Program-made: the position numbers and the translations under genes
NCBI GenBank assembly: GCA_963847595.1
Contig: CAWKAJ010000002.1
Span: 1,597,914 to 1,661,913 of the forward strand
Reading direction: 5' to 3'
Origin: an uncultured Chloroflexia bacterium
Lineage (GTDB): Bacteria > Chloroflexota > Dehalococcoidia > SZUA-161
Length of the DNA: 64,000 nt
The notes under the pieces: model-generated
What the model saw: only the letters and a program-made list of their open reading frames with translations
What the model was told of the DNA's origin: nothing
Database searches by the model: none
In this document: positions 50,191-61,173 of the stretch, one piece after another
How the letters are laid out: every line of letters begins with the position of its first letter
How positions within the stretch are numbered: position 1 is the first letter of the stretch

Positions 50191-51123
50191 ATGACTCATC
50201 ACACAACTAGATTAAAGGGCAAAGTGGCCATCATCACCGGTGCCGGCCGGGGCATCGGCGCGGCTGAGGCCGTCTTGTTTGCCCAAGAGGGCGCCAAGGT
50301 AGTGGTGAACGACCTGGGCGGCGGCGGCGATGGTAGCGGCGGCGCATCCAAATCGCCGGCCGATGAGGTGGTGGCGGAAATCAAGAAGATGGGTGGGGAG
50401 GCGGTTGCCAACTACGACAGCGTGGCTACTACAGATGGTGGAGAGAGAATTATCAAGACCGCCATCGATGCCTTTGGCAGGCTGGATATCCTGGTGAACA
50501 ACGCCGGCATACTCAGGGATAAGATGGTCTACAATATGAGCCCGGAGGAATGGGACCTCGTGATTAAGGTCCACCTCTACGGTACTTTCAACTGCACTAA
50601 GCCCGCGTGCGTGATATTCAGACAGCAGAAAAGCGGCCGCATTATCAATACAGCCTCTGAGTCAGGCTTGGGGAACATGGGGCAGGCCAACTACAGCTCT
50701 GCCAAAGAGGGGATAGTGGGATTCACCCGGACTGTGGCTAGAGACATGGGCAGATACGGGGTGACCTGCAATGCTGTCAGGCCCCGCGCCAAGTCAAGAC
50801 TGACTATCTCCCCCGAGCTGGTGGCTGCTATCGAAAGGGCCAAGAGCTCAGGCACTGCGATGCCTCCAGGCGCGGATGTAATTCTAAAGCTGCCGGAGCC
50901 CAGTGAGATGATTGCCTTGGTGGCCTACCTGGCAACCGATGCCGCCGCCAACATAAATGGCTGCACCTTCCTCATCAGCGGAGACCAGATTTCGCTTTAC
51001 CAGGACCCTATACCTATCAGGACTGTCTACAAGAAGGGTTTCTGGACGCTGGATGACCTGATGGAGATTGTGCCCAACACGCTGGCAGCCGGCCTGATTA
51101 ATCCTGCTCCTCCGAAACAATAA
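50191..51123 (+). CDS. SDR-family oxidoreductase with C-terminal extension
   Basis: GKVAIITGAGRGIG. NNAG. YxxxK. Confidence 0.75.
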   Translation: MTHHTTRLKGKVAIITGAGRGIGAAEAVLFAQEGAKVVVNDLGGGGDGSGGASKSPADEVVAEIKKMGGEAVANYDSVATTDGGERIIKTAIDAFGRLDILVNNAGILRDKMVYNMSPEEWDLVIKVHLYGTFNCTKPACVIFRQQKSGRIINTASESGLGNMGQANYSSAKEGIVGFTRTVARDMGRYGVTCNAVRPRAKSRLTISPELVAAIERAKSSGTAMPPGADVILKLPEPSEMIALVAYLATDAAANINGCTFLISGDQISLYQDPIPIRTVYKKGFWTLDDLMEIVPNTLAAGLINPAPPKQ

Positions 51124-51146
51124 GACCGACGGTGAATAAGCGTGTA

Positions 51147-51180
51147 GGGGCGACCCGCCTCGGCGGGTCGCCCCTTTTGT
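51147..51180 (+). terminator. Rho-independent terminator
   Basis: ggggcgacccgcc-tc-ggcgggtcgcccc followed by ttttgt. Confidence 0.65.
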
Positions 51181-51344
51181 AATTGCCTGATTTATCAGGC
51201 ACGATCGCCCAATAAATTGGGCAACTACCTTTTCTGCTTGTGGTGGATGTTATCATCCACAGTGGTTTGGCCTTGGTACAAATCAGGGCAGACGCATGGG
51301 TCTGCCCCTACAGGAACGGCTGGAGAGGGTGCTCCAACCTACCC

Positions 51345-51860
51345 TTAATCCAACAAACCCTCGATAGCCTCAATGACCATTTTGCCTTTTTTGAGGTCGA
51401 TGGACTTGACCACGTCCTCTATGGCGGGTATCAGTATCTCGCCGCGCTTACCCTCGACTATGTACACATCGTTGCTGGCTGTGGACATGATGTCTGTGAC
51501 GCGGCCGAGCGTTTGGCCCTCTGTGGTCACGACCTTAAGACCGATGAGTTGGAAGGTGTAGTATTGTCCTTCGGGCAGGGCGTATAGTTCTGAGCTGGGG
51601 ATGGTGAGGTCTTGCCCTCTTAGCTTCTCCGCAGCTTCGATGCTGTCTATAGTGACCAGCTTGAGTATCAAGTGATGCTTGTGGTATCGGCAGCTTTCTA
51701 TCTCAAGCGGGCTGGTATTAAGGTAGACTACCTTCCGGGGGGCGAACCGCTCGGGAAAATCGGTCAATACTTCGACTTTTACCTCACCCCTTATGCTCCA
51801 GGGGGCGAGTATACGTCCCACGATAAGGGAATCAGGAGGAACTGGTTCCTTGCCCATCAC
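51345..51860 (-). CDS. rimM: Ribosome maturation factor RimM
   Basis: N-terminal beta barrel (VGRILAPWSIRGEVKV) and PRC barrel. Confidence 0.8.
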   Translation of the reverse strand: MMGKEPVPPDSLIVGRILAPWSIRGEVKVEVLTDFPERFAPRKVVYLNTSPLEIESCRYHKHHLILKLVTIDSIEAAEKLRGQDLTIPSSELYALPEGQYYTFQLIGLKVVTTEGQTLGRVTDIMSTASNDVYIVEGKRGEILIPAIEDVVKSIDLKKGKMVIEAIEGLLD

Positions 51861-51876
51861 CCTAGACCAAGATGCC

Positions 51877-52104
51877 CTAGATTATTTCCAGTGTGGCGCG
51901 AGTCCCTTTCCTGATCGCTGCTACGCGGAGCAGAGTCCGCATCGCCTTGGCAATTCTCCCCTCTTTGCCGATGACCTTTCCGGTATCCTCAGGCGCTACT
52001 TGAAGCTTGAGGATAACCCCGTTCTCTGAGGGGACCTCGGTTACTTTGACTTCCTCTGGTTTGTCTACGATTGCCTTTGCGATGTACTCGATGAGCTCTT
52101 TCAT
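51877..52104 (-). CDS. KH-domain RNA-binding protein (YlqC-like)
   Basis: GKVIGKEGR KH motif. Lies between rpsP and rimM. Confidence 0.7.
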   Translation of the reverse strand: MKELIEYIAKAIVDKPEEVKVTEVPSENGVILKLQVAPEDTGKVIGKEGRIAKAMRTLLRVAAIRKGTRATLEII

Positions 52105-52157
52105 TTTCCTTTCATCCTTTGGCTAATGCCTAGTTGCGTGATTCAATGTTTTCAAGA

Positions 52158-52610
52158 CTATGCTGCCGGCTTGGTCTCTGATGCTTTGGGTGCTTTGGCC
52201 TCAGGTGCTGCCGCTGGTTTGCTCTCCGGCGCTGCGGCTGTCTTGGCTTGTGCTGCCGCCGGCTTGGTCTCCGACTTTGCTGCCGCTTTGGCTTGCGCCG
52301 CTGCCTTCTTCTCCGATTTCTTCAGCGTCTTGCGGTCTGTCGTTTTTCGCACAGAAGCACTGACTAATTTATCGCTGAGCCCCGCCCTGCCCAGCAAGCT
52401 GGCAACAGTCTGAGTTGGCATAGCTCCGCGGCGCAGCCACTCGAGCGCCTTCTCCTGTTGAATGACGATGGTCGCGGGATCGGTTAGAGGGTCGTAGTGA
52501 CCGATAACCTCTATGAATGCACCATCGCGAGGCGACCGGGAATCGGCCACCACCACCCGATAGGCAGGTTTCTTTGTTGCCCCCACCCTCTGTAATCTGA
52601 TCTTAACCAT
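52158..52610 (-). CDS. rpsP: 30S ribosomal protein S16 with Ala/Lys-rich C-terminal extension
   Basis: [26 protein letters not shown]. Confidence 0.85.
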   Translation of the reverse strand: MVKIRLQRVGATKKPAYRVVVADSRSPRDGAFIEVIGHYDPLTDPATIVIQQEKALEWLRRGAMPTQTVASLLGRAGLSDKLVSASVRKTTDRKTLKKSEKKAAAQAKAAAKSETKPAAAQAKTAAAPESKPAAAPEAKAPKASETKPAA

Positions 52611-52678
52611 ATTCTGCTCTCCCTTGCCCCCTTATTTTCTACCAGAGAACGATTTAAATCAACCCCCTGTGTTCCAAT

Positions 52679-54127
52679 CTAGTTCAGATATTGCTCTCTT
52701 CTGAATCGGTAAAAATCGACAAGCCTCTTTAGAGCCCTGGCACCCCGCTCGAAGCTGGGGAAGCACGGTATGTCTTTCCCAGTTAACCTGTCCCTTATCT
52801 CTATGGCTAATGTCTCTCTGTGCGCCGTGGTCACAATGGTCAGGAAAGGCTTCTTAGTCCGGCCTTTGAATTCCAGGATGGTGTCCAGAAGCGGGTCCGG
52901 TTGCTCCAGGTCGTGGCTGAATGGGCTGATTATGGTAAATAGTTCGAGAACTACACTGTCTATATTGGGGTCTTGCTCCATGACATCCAGCATATTGGCT
53001 AAATTCGATATGGCATTCTCCGACATCAGGAACGAGCTGGATATATCGAAGGGGTTCCTGTAGCTTCCTCCGATGATATTGAAAAAGGTGGACAGCCTTT
53101 CATAGGAACTCTGGGAAAGCTGTGGAACCCTGAGTCCTTCCCTGGCGAAGGTATCGGCTATCGCCACCGATTGCCCCCCGCTCATGGCAATAAGCCCCAC
53201 CCTGTTTCCCCTGGCTGGTTTCAGGTAAAGCAACGCCTTGACGGTGTCAATCATCTCGTCGAGGTTCTCAATCCTGATGGCGCCGCACTGTCTGATGAGT
53301 GTTTGCCAGATGACGCTCGACTGGGCCAGTGCCCCAGTGTGAGAAGCGGTTGCCCGGGCACCTTCCTCGCTCTCTCCGCCTCTCCAAATTAGCACCGGCT
53401 TTTTCTCCGCCGCCTCTCGCAGGCAGCGGAAAAGCCTCCTGCCATCCTTTACAGCTTCGACATACATGCCTATTATCTCGGTTTCACGGTCTTTCTTAAG
53501 GTACTCCAGATAGTCCGTGCTGTCGAGTATCGCAGCATTTCCGTAGCTCACCGACTTGCTGAACTTGATTCCGTTACGTGTTCCTGCCAGGGTGAAAAGT
53601 GTGGCGTGAGTGCCGCTCTGGGCGATGAAGCCCACCGTTCCGCCCTCGCCGTAATCCTGCACAGGATTGTGGCGCAGGCCGATTTTGGGGTTGTAGACGC
53701 CGACACAGTTGGGCCCGATGACGAGCAGGCCAGCCTCGCGTGCCAGGTCGGTGATCGCCTGTTGGAGCCTTATCCCTTCCTCGGTGCCGGTCTCAGCAAA
53801 TCCCGAGGTGAAAAAACAAACGCCGCCCACGTTCTTTTGTATGCAGTCCTTGATGATGACAGGTGCTACTGCTCGAGGCACGGCGGCGATGACGTAATCT
53901 ACAGGTCCTGGTATATCCTTGAGGCTCGGGTAGTTCTTCACACCGAGTTGGGCTATCCCTGGAAGCTCATTTGGGTCTATCTGCACCGAGTAAACCTTTC
54001 CCTGGAAATGGCTCAGACTTCTCAGCCACATATAGCCTAGTGCCTGCTTGTCGCCGACCACTGCTACAGAGCGGGGGTTGAATACTCTATCCAGCTTTTG
54101 TGTTGTGCTCTCTCCCAATTTTCTCAT
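52679..54127 (-). CDS. ADP-forming acetyl-CoA synthetase (acyl-CoA synthetase NDP-forming) alpha subunit, paralog 1
   Basis: CoA-binding NPRSVAVVG. Succinyl-CoA synthetase-like ligase domain with His loop. Confidence 0.7.
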   Translation of the reverse strand: MRKLGESTTQKLDRVFNPRSVAVVGDKQALGYMWLRSLSHFQGKVYSVQIDPNELPGIAQLGVKNYPSLKDIPGPVDYVIAAVPRAVAPVIIKDCIQKNVGGVCFFTSGFAETGTEEGIRLQQAITDLAREAGLLVIGPNCVGVYNPKIGLRHNPVQDYGEGGTVGFIAQSGTHATLFTLAGTRNGIKFSKSVSYGNAAILDSTDYLEYLKKDRETEIIGMYVEAVKDGRRLFRCLREAAEKKPVLIWRGGESEEGARATASHTGALAQSSVIWQTLIRQCGAIRIENLDEMIDTVKALLYLKPARGNRVGLIAMSGGQSVAIADTFAREGLRVPQLSQSSYERLSTFFNIIGGSYRNPFDISSSFLMSENAISNLANMLDVMEQDPNIDSVVLELFTIISPFSHDLEQPDPLLDTILEFKGRTKKPFLTIVTTAHRETLAIEIRDRLTGKDIPCFPSFERGARALKRLVDFYRFRREQYLN

Positions 54128-54129
54128 GC

Positions 54130-54822
54130 TCAGGATTCGAGTATCACCCTCGCGTCCACAGCTAAAGCGCTGTCCTTATAGGCGAAGATGGGATTGAGGT
54201 CCATCTCCTTGATTTTGGGGTTTTTGTCCACGAAATCGGAAAGCTTCAGTAACAGGTCTTCGAGCGCAGTGATATTCGCCGGCTCCTGACCGCGGTAACC
54301 TTCGAGCAATGGATAGCCCTTTATCTCCCTGACCATCTGGCTGGCGTCTCTTCTGTTCAAGGGGACAATCCTGAAGGCGACATCCTTTAATACTTCGACG
54401 AATACCCCGCCCAAGCCGAACATGAGCACCGGGCCGAACTGAGCATCCTTAGACATGCCCATGATAACCTCGACCCCGGGCCTGGCCATTTTCTGCACCG
54501 AGATACCCTGGATGGCAGCCTTTTTGTTTGCTTTTTGGGCTGCCGCCATAATCTCCGTATAGGCCTTGCCCACCTGGGCTGCGTTTGCCAGATTCAGTTT
54601 CACGCCGCCGATATCGCTCTTATGGATGATATCGGGCGACACTATCTTCAGCACAACCGGGAAGCCCATCTTCTTGCTCAACGAGATGGCCTCGGCCTTC
54701 GTCTGCGCAAGTTTTGTCTGGACAACCGGTATGCCGGCTTCAGCCACGAGTTGTTTCGACTCCACCTCGGTCAGGACTGTTCTCCCGCTCTTCAGCACGC
54801 TATTGATTATTTTGCTAGTCAC
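54130..54822 (-). CDS. ADP-forming acyl-CoA synthetase beta subunit (ATP-grasp)
   Basis: ATP-grasp pattern. 230 aa. Sits immediately upstream of an alpha subunit. Confidence 0.7.
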   Translation of the reverse strand: MTSKIINSVLKSGRTVLTEVESKQLVAEAGIPVVQTKLAQTKAEAISLSKKMGFPVVLKIVSPDIIHKSDIGGVKLNLANAAQVGKAYTEIMAAAQKANKKAAIQGISVQKMARPGVEVIMGMSKDAQFGPVLMFGLGGVFVEVLKDVAFRIVPLNRRDASQMVREIKGYPLLEGYRGQEPANITALEDLLLKLSDFVDKNPKIKEMDLNPIFAYKDSALAVDARVILES

Positions 54823-55023
54823 TTGCAGCTCTCCTTGGTTGGATAGAATACATAATTGCTGTCAAATGTCGCTGCCATCTCTGGTGCTCCCTGTATAACC
54901 AGGAAGCTATTTTAGCAGGTAAACTTCCGAAAGTAAACCTACTGTTGGAGACCGCTTAGCAACACTTTTTGACCTCCCTAAATTCCCTGGACCCCTCGGG
55001 ACTCCCCAGTTCCTAAACGATCT

Positions 55024-56427
55024 CTATTGGATAGACCTTAGGAATTCACTGTACTGCGTGAGCTTGGCCAGGGCGTAGGCCGCTCTCCTCGGCTCAGGGT
55101 AGACCGGAACGTTGCTTCTAGACAGGAACCTGAACTCACCTTTAGGCCATCCCTGAGGCGTGGCCCCGCACATCACTGTTGGCTTGCCTCCCGCCGCTAT
55201 TTCGCTGAGCAGTATGTCGGCAACCTTCTTATCGTGGTCATCGTCATCGAAGGGTGGGCCGGTGAAAGCAGCCAGAATCATATCGATGTTCGGGTCCTTG
55301 GCGACGATTCTGATGGCATTCTTAATATAGTTGTCGGGAGCGAGAGCCGCTCTCAGACCCAGGTCGACCGGGTTGCTTACGCTTGTTCCCACGCTCTCTG
55401 CAATGCCGGCCAGTTCCCTCTGAGTTTTTGCTGAAAGCGGTGGTATCTCCAGCCCCAACTCGTTGCAGGCATCGGTGGAGGTGACTGCAAGCCCTCCGGG
55501 TGTTGTGATGATGCCCACTCTTCTGCCCTTTGGCCTGGATAGATGGTGAAGCGCCAACAGAGTATCCATCATTTGCTCGAAGCTGTCTACAGAGATTATG
55601 CCTGTTTGGCTGCAGAGGGCTTTCCAGATAGCCGTGGGTACTGCGAGAGTTCCGGTGTGAGAGGCCGATGCCCTCCTGCCAGCATCGGTGTTGCCACCCT
55701 TCAGCACGATGATGGGCTTGGCGGGCGAAATCTTGCGTGCCACCTGCAATAACCTCTTGCCATCCCTGATTCCTTCCAGGTAAGCAGCGATTATTTTCGT
55801 TTCGGGGTCCTGTCCCAGATACTCTAAGAAATCCACGCAAGTGAGGTCGCAGTCGCTTCCGCAGCTGACCCCCTTGCTGGGCTTGAGTCCCGCGTCATCA
55901 ATGGACATGAGCAGGTAGTAGAACAGGAAGCCGCTGTGAGATATCACACCCACAGGGCCGCTTTCTTTGGGGAGAATGGCTTGTGGAATAAGCTTAGCTG
56001 ACGGGTTATAGGTGCCCACGCAATTCGGCCCAATAACCCGTGTGCCTCTCTTCCTTGCGATTTTGACTATCTCCTCCTCAAGTTCTCTGCCCTCCGGCCC
56101 GCTTTCGCTGAATCCGCCGGTATAGAGTATCATCCCCTTTATTCCCTTAGCGGCGCATTCTTTGGTTATCTCGAGTACTGCATTGCGCGGGACGGTTACC
56201 AAGGCTAAGTCTATATCCCCCGGGATATCCTTTATACTGGGATACACCTTTACACCCAGCAGCTCACCTCCCTTGGGGTTCACAGGGTAGACCTTCGTGA
56301 AACCCGCGTCCAGGAGGTTGTGCAGGAACATATACGCTACATTGGTCGCAGTTTTGGAGATGCCTACTAACGCTACTGACCTGGGGTAAAATAGGGGTTC
56401 AAGCTGTCCTTTAATACTTTTGCTCAT
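55024..56427 (-). CDS. ADP-forming acyl-CoA synthetase alpha subunit, paralog 2
   Basis: NPRSVALVG. Confidence 0.7.
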   Translation of the reverse strand: MSKSIKGQLEPLFYPRSVALVGISKTATNVAYMFLHNLLDAGFTKVYPVNPKGGELLGVKVYPSIKDIPGDIDLALVTVPRNAVLEITKECAAKGIKGMILYTGGFSESGPEGRELEEEIVKIARKRGTRVIGPNCVGTYNPSAKLIPQAILPKESGPVGVISHSGFLFYYLLMSIDDAGLKPSKGVSCGSDCDLTCVDFLEYLGQDPETKIIAAYLEGIRDGKRLLQVARKISPAKPIIVLKGGNTDAGRRASASHTGTLAVPTAIWKALCSQTGIISVDSFEQMMDTLLALHHLSRPKGRRVGIITTPGGLAVTSTDACNELGLEIPPLSAKTQRELAGIAESVGTSVSNPVDLGLRAALAPDNYIKNAIRIVAKDPNIDMILAAFTGPPFDDDDHDKKVADILLSEIAAGGKPTVMCGATPQGWPKGEFRFLSRSNVPVYPEPRRAAYALAKLTQYSEFLRSIQ

Positions 56428-56430
56428 CTG

Positions 56431-56964
56431 CTATTTCTGTGACTGAGGTTCCTCTCTGCGGTGTATATAAACCTCGAACTTCGTGATTTTCCAGACGCCG
56501 TCGTCTTTGCGGAATTTATAATGGTGCATGCCCTCGGAGATGGCGCGTTCTTCAGAGACCTTCCCTGTCTCGGGATTTATGGGGTACCCGTAATGGGAAA
56601 AGTAGTCCTTGCCAGTCGCTGTATCGCCAGTAATATCTATCATGATGTTCATCAAGGTGCTGAACTTTCTCTTCTCGGTGCCGAATACAGTACGTTCGCC
56701 GTATTCTTTGAGCGCCTTCTTGCCCTTTATATCTATATTATATTGCGGGACTGTATAATGAATATCGTCGCTCCATATGCCAAGCCAGAGGTCCTTGTCG
56801 TCTAAATCTATAGCCCATACCATCGTCTTCATCAGGTTCTCGGTCTCGACAATGTCTGGAAGCTTCATCAGCTTGTCGACTTTAGCCTCCAGCTTCCTGA
56901 CGTCGGTTTCAACCCTTTTCGCCATATGGTTCAACAGCGCTCTTAAATCTCTCAGGTCTTCCAT
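56431..56964 (-). CDS. NTF2/SnoaL-like fold protein
   Basis: Weak pattern match only. Confidence 0.4.
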   Translation of the reverse strand: MEDLRDLRALLNHMAKRVETDVRKLEAKVDKLMKLPDIVETENLMKTMVWAIDLDDKDLWLGIWSDDIHYTVPQYNIDIKGKKALKEYGERTVFGTEKRKFSTLMNIMIDITGDTATGKDYFSHYGYPINPETGKVSEERAISEGMHHYKFRKDDGVWKITKFEVYIHRREEPQSQK

Positions 56965-57097
56965 TTTTGTCTCCTCTGAGGTGGAAGATTATAGAACTGC
57001 CATAATTGAGCTTATTGAGAGGGCAAAGAATTTTGTTAAGAGCGACAAAGGTGACAACTTTTAAATCTGGGCGTAACCTTCTTAATCCGAGGTGACT

Positions 57098-58609
57098 CTA
57101 GGCCCGAAAATCCTGTATCGGCGTTTTAGTATACTTGTGCACAATCTTCCTGAAATGGAATCCATATACAGCGAAAGCCATGGAAATGGGAAAGGAACGG
57201 GGGTTCTTCAGCAGGGTCGAAATAAAGAACCTCCAATAATACCATCTATCCCTTTCCAGGACACCCATAACCCACATGGATGTGATGAGCGCCCGGATAT
57301 GCCAGAACCGCAACTGGGGGAGCCCTTTTCTTTTCCGCGGCTTGTACTCTTTAAGAAATATCTTAACCCTTTTGTAATACTGCTTTGATGAATAGATAGA
57401 GGTCAGGACGTGCCTGTAGCCGTTGATGAGTTTCTCGCGGCCCATTTTGGGGACGAAGTTCAGGGAGCCATCGGTATTGTCGCCGGAGATGCCCTCTAAT
57501 AAACGGTTCTCCTTCTTTAGGCGCTGGTATAGCCTGGTGCCAGGTGGTGCATTCAGCAAACCGACCATTGCGGTAACGATGCCACTCTTCTGGATAAAGT
57601 TGGACTGGCTTTTGAAGATAGAGTCCGGGTCGCTATCAAATCCCAGGATGAAGCCTCCGTGCACCTGCATGCCGTAATTTTGAATCTTCTTAACTGAAGC
57701 AATGAGGTCACGGTTTATGTTCTGATTCTTGTTACATTCAACCAGACTCTCTTCATTGGGGCTTTCAATCCCAATGAATACGGTATCGAATCCGGCTTTA
57801 ACCATCAACTGCATTAACTCTTCGTCATCGGCCAGATTTATGGAGGCCTCTGTAAGGAATCCAAAGGGGAATTTTTTATCCTGCTGCCATTTAATCATGG
57901 CAGGCAGAATTTCTTCCTTCAGTTTCCTCTTATTGCCGATGAAGTTGTCATCCACAATGAACACGGTCTCTCGCCAACCACGGTTGTATAGGCCGTCGAG
58001 CTCTGCCAGGAGCTGCTCTTTAGTCTTGGTTCGGGGCCTGTTGCCGTTCAATACGATGATGTCGCAGAATTCACAATCGAAGGGACATCCCCGAGAGTAC
58101 TGGATACTCATTGTGGTGTATTTCTTCGTGTTTAATAGTGACCACATGGGTACAGGGGTTTTGCAGACGTCTGGTCGTTCTTTAGATGTGTAGATATGTT
58201 TGGTGCAGCCTTTACTCAGGTCTTCCAGGAAAAGCTGTAGGGTGCTCTCGGCCTCATTGAGCACCAGGTGGTCTACATCCGGGAACTCTTCATACTCGGA
58301 GGTGAAGAGCGGGCCACCGGCAACAGTTCTGGCCCCGAGCCTCTTACACCTTCTGATGACCTCTTGCGCTGAATCCCTTTGCACCACCATGGCGCTGATG
58401 AATACATAGTCAGCCCACCTGATGTCCTTGTCGGTCAGGGCGGCTGCATTCATATCCACCAGTTTCTTATCCCACTCCCGGGGAAGCATCGAAGCTATAG
58501 TCAATAAACCCAGGGGCGGGAAGGTCGCCTTTTTGGAGATGATTCTCAGGGCGTGTCTGAAACTCCAGAAGGTATCCGGGTACTGAGGATAAACCAGAAG
58601 TATTTTCAA
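57098..58609 (-). CDS. B12-binding domain radical SAM protein (with DUF4070-like C-terminus)
   Basis: N-terminal cobalamin-binding Rossmann domain. Radical SAM CxxxCxxC motif CPFDCEFC. Confidence 0.75.
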   Translation of the reverse strand: MKILLVYPQYPDTFWSFRHALRIISKKATFPPLGLLTIASMLPREWDKKLVDMNAAALTDKDIRWADYVFISAMVVQRDSAQEVIRRCKRLGARTVAGGPLFTSEYEEFPDVDHLVLNEAESTLQLFLEDLSKGCTKHIYTSKERPDVCKTPVPMWSLLNTKKYTTMSIQYSRGCPFDCEFCDIIVLNGNRPRTKTKEQLLAELDGLYNRGWRETVFIVDDNFIGNKRKLKEEILPAMIKWQQDKKFPFGFLTEASINLADDEELMQLMVKAGFDTVFIGIESPNEESLVECNKNQNINRDLIASVKKIQNYGMQVHGGFILGFDSDPDSIFKSQSNFIQKSGIVTAMVGLLNAPPGTRLYQRLKKENRLLEGISGDNTDGSLNFVPKMGREKLINGYRHVLTSIYSSKQYYKRVKIFLKEYKPRKRKGLPQLRFWHIRALITSMWVMGVLERDRWYYWRFFISTLLKNPRSFPISMAFAVYGFHFRKIVHKYTKTPIQDFRA

Positions 58610-58800
58610 TTTAAGCTGTACTCACTTTCCTTGATCAAGGATGAAATTATTCCATAGATTACTCCTATTCAGGCAGAAAATCAAATCTCGTGTACGCCCA
58701 TCAAGGCGCCCCAGTGAAGGACGTTGCAATTCACCCTGTCTTCGTGTATGATTTTAAAGGATTTTGAGCCATCTCAACTTGGTAGAGAATTATACTTGGC

Positions 58801-60261
58801 ATGAATCTTATCCAGCATCTGGATTACCTCTTCAATCCCCGTTCGGTGGCAGTCATCGGAGCATCCAACATCCCTGGCAAGTGGGGCTGTGATATCCTCA
58901 ACCTTCTTTTGACCAAGGGGCAGAGGAAGGTCTACCCCATAAACAGGAACAGGGCGGAGGTGCTCGGGGTGAAGGCTTATCCCAGCCTGGCGGATGTTCA
59001 GGGCCCTGTGGATTTTGCGGTGATAACCGTCTCCTCGGAAGCCCTGCCTGCTGCTATGGAGGACTGCGTCACCAAAGGTGTCAAGGCTGCCCTCATCATC
59101 TCCGGCGGTTTTGCCGAGACTGGCGAAGTTGGAGCCAAAGCCGAGCAGAAAGTAGTCGAAATCGCCCGCAGAGGCGGGATACGCTTCATAGGCCCGAACT
59201 GTGCCGGGCACTTCAATACCTTCGCCGAGCTTTATACTGCCCCCTATTTACCGCCAATGAGAAAGGGCCCTGTTTCTTTTGTTACTCAAAGCGGAAACCT
59301 GGGACTTGTCGTCCTCGCCATGGGATACGAGGGAGGGGTGGGGTTCAGCAAGTATGTCAGCAGTGGGAACGAGGCCGACCTGCATTTCGAGGACTATCTG
59401 GAGTATCTGGGGCAGGATGAGGAGACGAAGCTCATTCTGGGCTATGTCGAAGGACTCAGGGAGGGCAAGCGCTTCTTGAAACTGGCGAGGGAGATCACTA
59501 GGAAGAAGCCTGTGGTCATCATGAAGGTGGGGCGCACGGAATCTGGAGCCAGGGCTGCACAGTCACACACCGCAGCCCTTTCGGGCTCGGACGAGTTCTC
59601 CGATGCAGCTTTCAGGCAAGCCGGGGTGATAAGGGTGGAAGAGGTGGGCGAGTTGGTCGAAACAGCACTCGTTTTGTTAGGCCAGCCTTTGCCAAGGGGG
59701 AAGAAAGTGGCCGTCTTGACGGTGGGTGGCGGCCTGGGGGTCATCGCTGCAGATGCCTTGAGAAAGCATGGTCTCGAAGTCCCGCCGTTATCATCGGCGA
59801 CCATGAAGAAATTGAACTCGGTTCTCTCAGGACGGTGGTCCCGCGGCAATCCTGTAGACACCAGCGGAGACATCAGCTATCCCTGCCTCCAACCTCTTCT
59901 GGAGGACAAAAATGTGGATGCCGTATTGATCGCCGGCCCTGTCTGGGCGGCTGCCGGCCTCTCGGCGCTCATCAGCACGCCTCCCTGGGAGAGGAATGAC
60001 CTGGCCAGCTTCGAGCAATTGATTCAGTTCATAGAAGAGGAGTCGCTGAGGAATCTGAATACCACGATGGAACTGATGAAGAAGTATCAAAAGCCGGTGG
60101 TTCTCTCTATCTGGGTAGATAACGAAGTTAAAGGCGGGCAACTTTATGAGAAGTTGCTCAGTAGCAATCTGACTCCTTACCCTACTCCGGACAGGGCAGC
60201 CAAAGCCTTGGCTCATCTGGTAGAATATAGCGAGTACCTGGGCATTGCCAGGAAATGGTAA
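58801..60261 (+). CDS. ADP-forming acyl-CoA synthetase alpha subunit, paralog 3
   Basis: NPRSVAVIG. Confidence 0.7.
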   Translation: MNLIQHLDYLFNPRSVAVIGASNIPGKWGCDILNLLLTKGQRKVYPINRNRAEVLGVKAYPSLADVQGPVDFAVITVSSEALPAAMEDCVTKGVKAALIISGGFAETGEVGAKAEQKVVEIARRGGIRFIGPNCAGHFNTFAELYTAPYLPPMRKGPVSFVTQSGNLGLVVLAMGYEGGVGFSKYVSSGNEADLHFEDYLEYLGQDEETKLILGYVEGLREGKRFLKLAREITRKKPVVIMKVGRTESGARAAQSHTAALSGSDEFSDAAFRQAGVIRVEEVGELVETALVLLGQPLPRGKKVAVLTVGGGLGVIAADALRKHGLEVPPLSSATMKKLNSVLSGRWSRGNPVDTSGDISYPCLQPLLEDKNVDAVLIAGPVWAAAGLSALISTPPWERNDLASFEQLIQFIEEESLRNLNTTMELMKKYQKPVVLSIWVDNEVKGGQLYEKLLSSNLTPYPTPDRAAKALAHLVEYSEYLGIARKW

Positions 60262-60290
60262 AATCTCAGTAATCAGTCGAAAGGAGAGAC

Positions 60291-61127
60291 ATGACGGTTA
60301 AAGTTGTGACCGACAGCACCTGTGACATGCCTCCTCAGTTGATGCAGGATTTGGGAATCACCGCAGTGCCGATATATGTGGTGTTTGGTGACAAGTCTTA
60401 TCGCGATAAGTTAGATATCGGTGATGACGAATTCTACGAGAGGTTGGTTCATGGCCCTGTGCATCCTTCTACCTCGATACCCACTCCTAAGGATTTCGCC
60501 GACGCCTATAACAAACTAGCCCAGGAAACCGATGAGATTATCTCGATACATATTACCTCCCGGGAAAGCGGCACCTATAACGCAGCGCTGCTGGCCAGGG
60601 AGCTTGTCACGAAGAAGTGCCGCATCGAGGTTGTGGACTCCTTATCCATGTCGATGGCCCTGGGGCTTCTGGTTGCCGAGGCCGGGCGGCAGGCTAAGGC
60701 CGGGGCGAGCCTGGAGAAGGTAACGGAGTCGGTACGCCAGGCTATCCCCAAGGTTCACCTTATTTTTCTCCTGGATACCCTCAAATATGTGGTCAGGGGC
60801 GGGCGTCTCGGCAAGGCTTATGGGATCATAGGGTCGGCACTGAGGGTCAAGCCCCTGCTTACTCTAAAGGAGGGCGACCTTTCTATGGTGGGTGTGGCTC
60901 GTACCAAAGCCAAGGCGGTGGAGCGGCTGTTCGAATTTGCCAAAGGCTTCCCCAAAGTGAAGGAGTTAGCGGTGTCATACACCACCGCTCTCGATGAGGC
61001 CAAAGCGTTTGCCGACCGCCTGACGGCGGCTTTCCCTGGTGTACCTGTATCTTTGATGAGAGTCGGCTCCTCACTGGGCACCCATGCGGGCCCTGGCGGC
61101 ATGGGCATAGCGGTAAGGGAGGCGTAG
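60291..61127 (+). CDS. DegV-family fatty-acid-binding protein
   Basis: VVTDSTCD N-terminus. DegV fold pattern. Confidence 0.8.
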   Translation: MTVKVVTDSTCDMPPQLMQDLGITAVPIYVVFGDKSYRDKLDIGDDEFYERLVHGPVHPSTSIPTPKDFADAYNKLAQETDEIISIHITSRESGTYNAALLARELVTKKCRIEVVDSLSMSMALGLLVAEAGRQAKAGASLEKVTESVRQAIPKVHLIFLLDTLKYVVRGGRLGKAYGIIGSALRVKPLLTLKEGDLSMVGVARTKAKAVERLFEFAKGFPKVKELAVSYTTALDEAKAFADRLTAAFPGVPVSLMRVGSSLGTHAGPGGMGIAVREA

Positions 61128-61173
61128 AAGGTTTGCCTGTAACGTACGGCGGTTTTGAATCGGAGACAAGATA

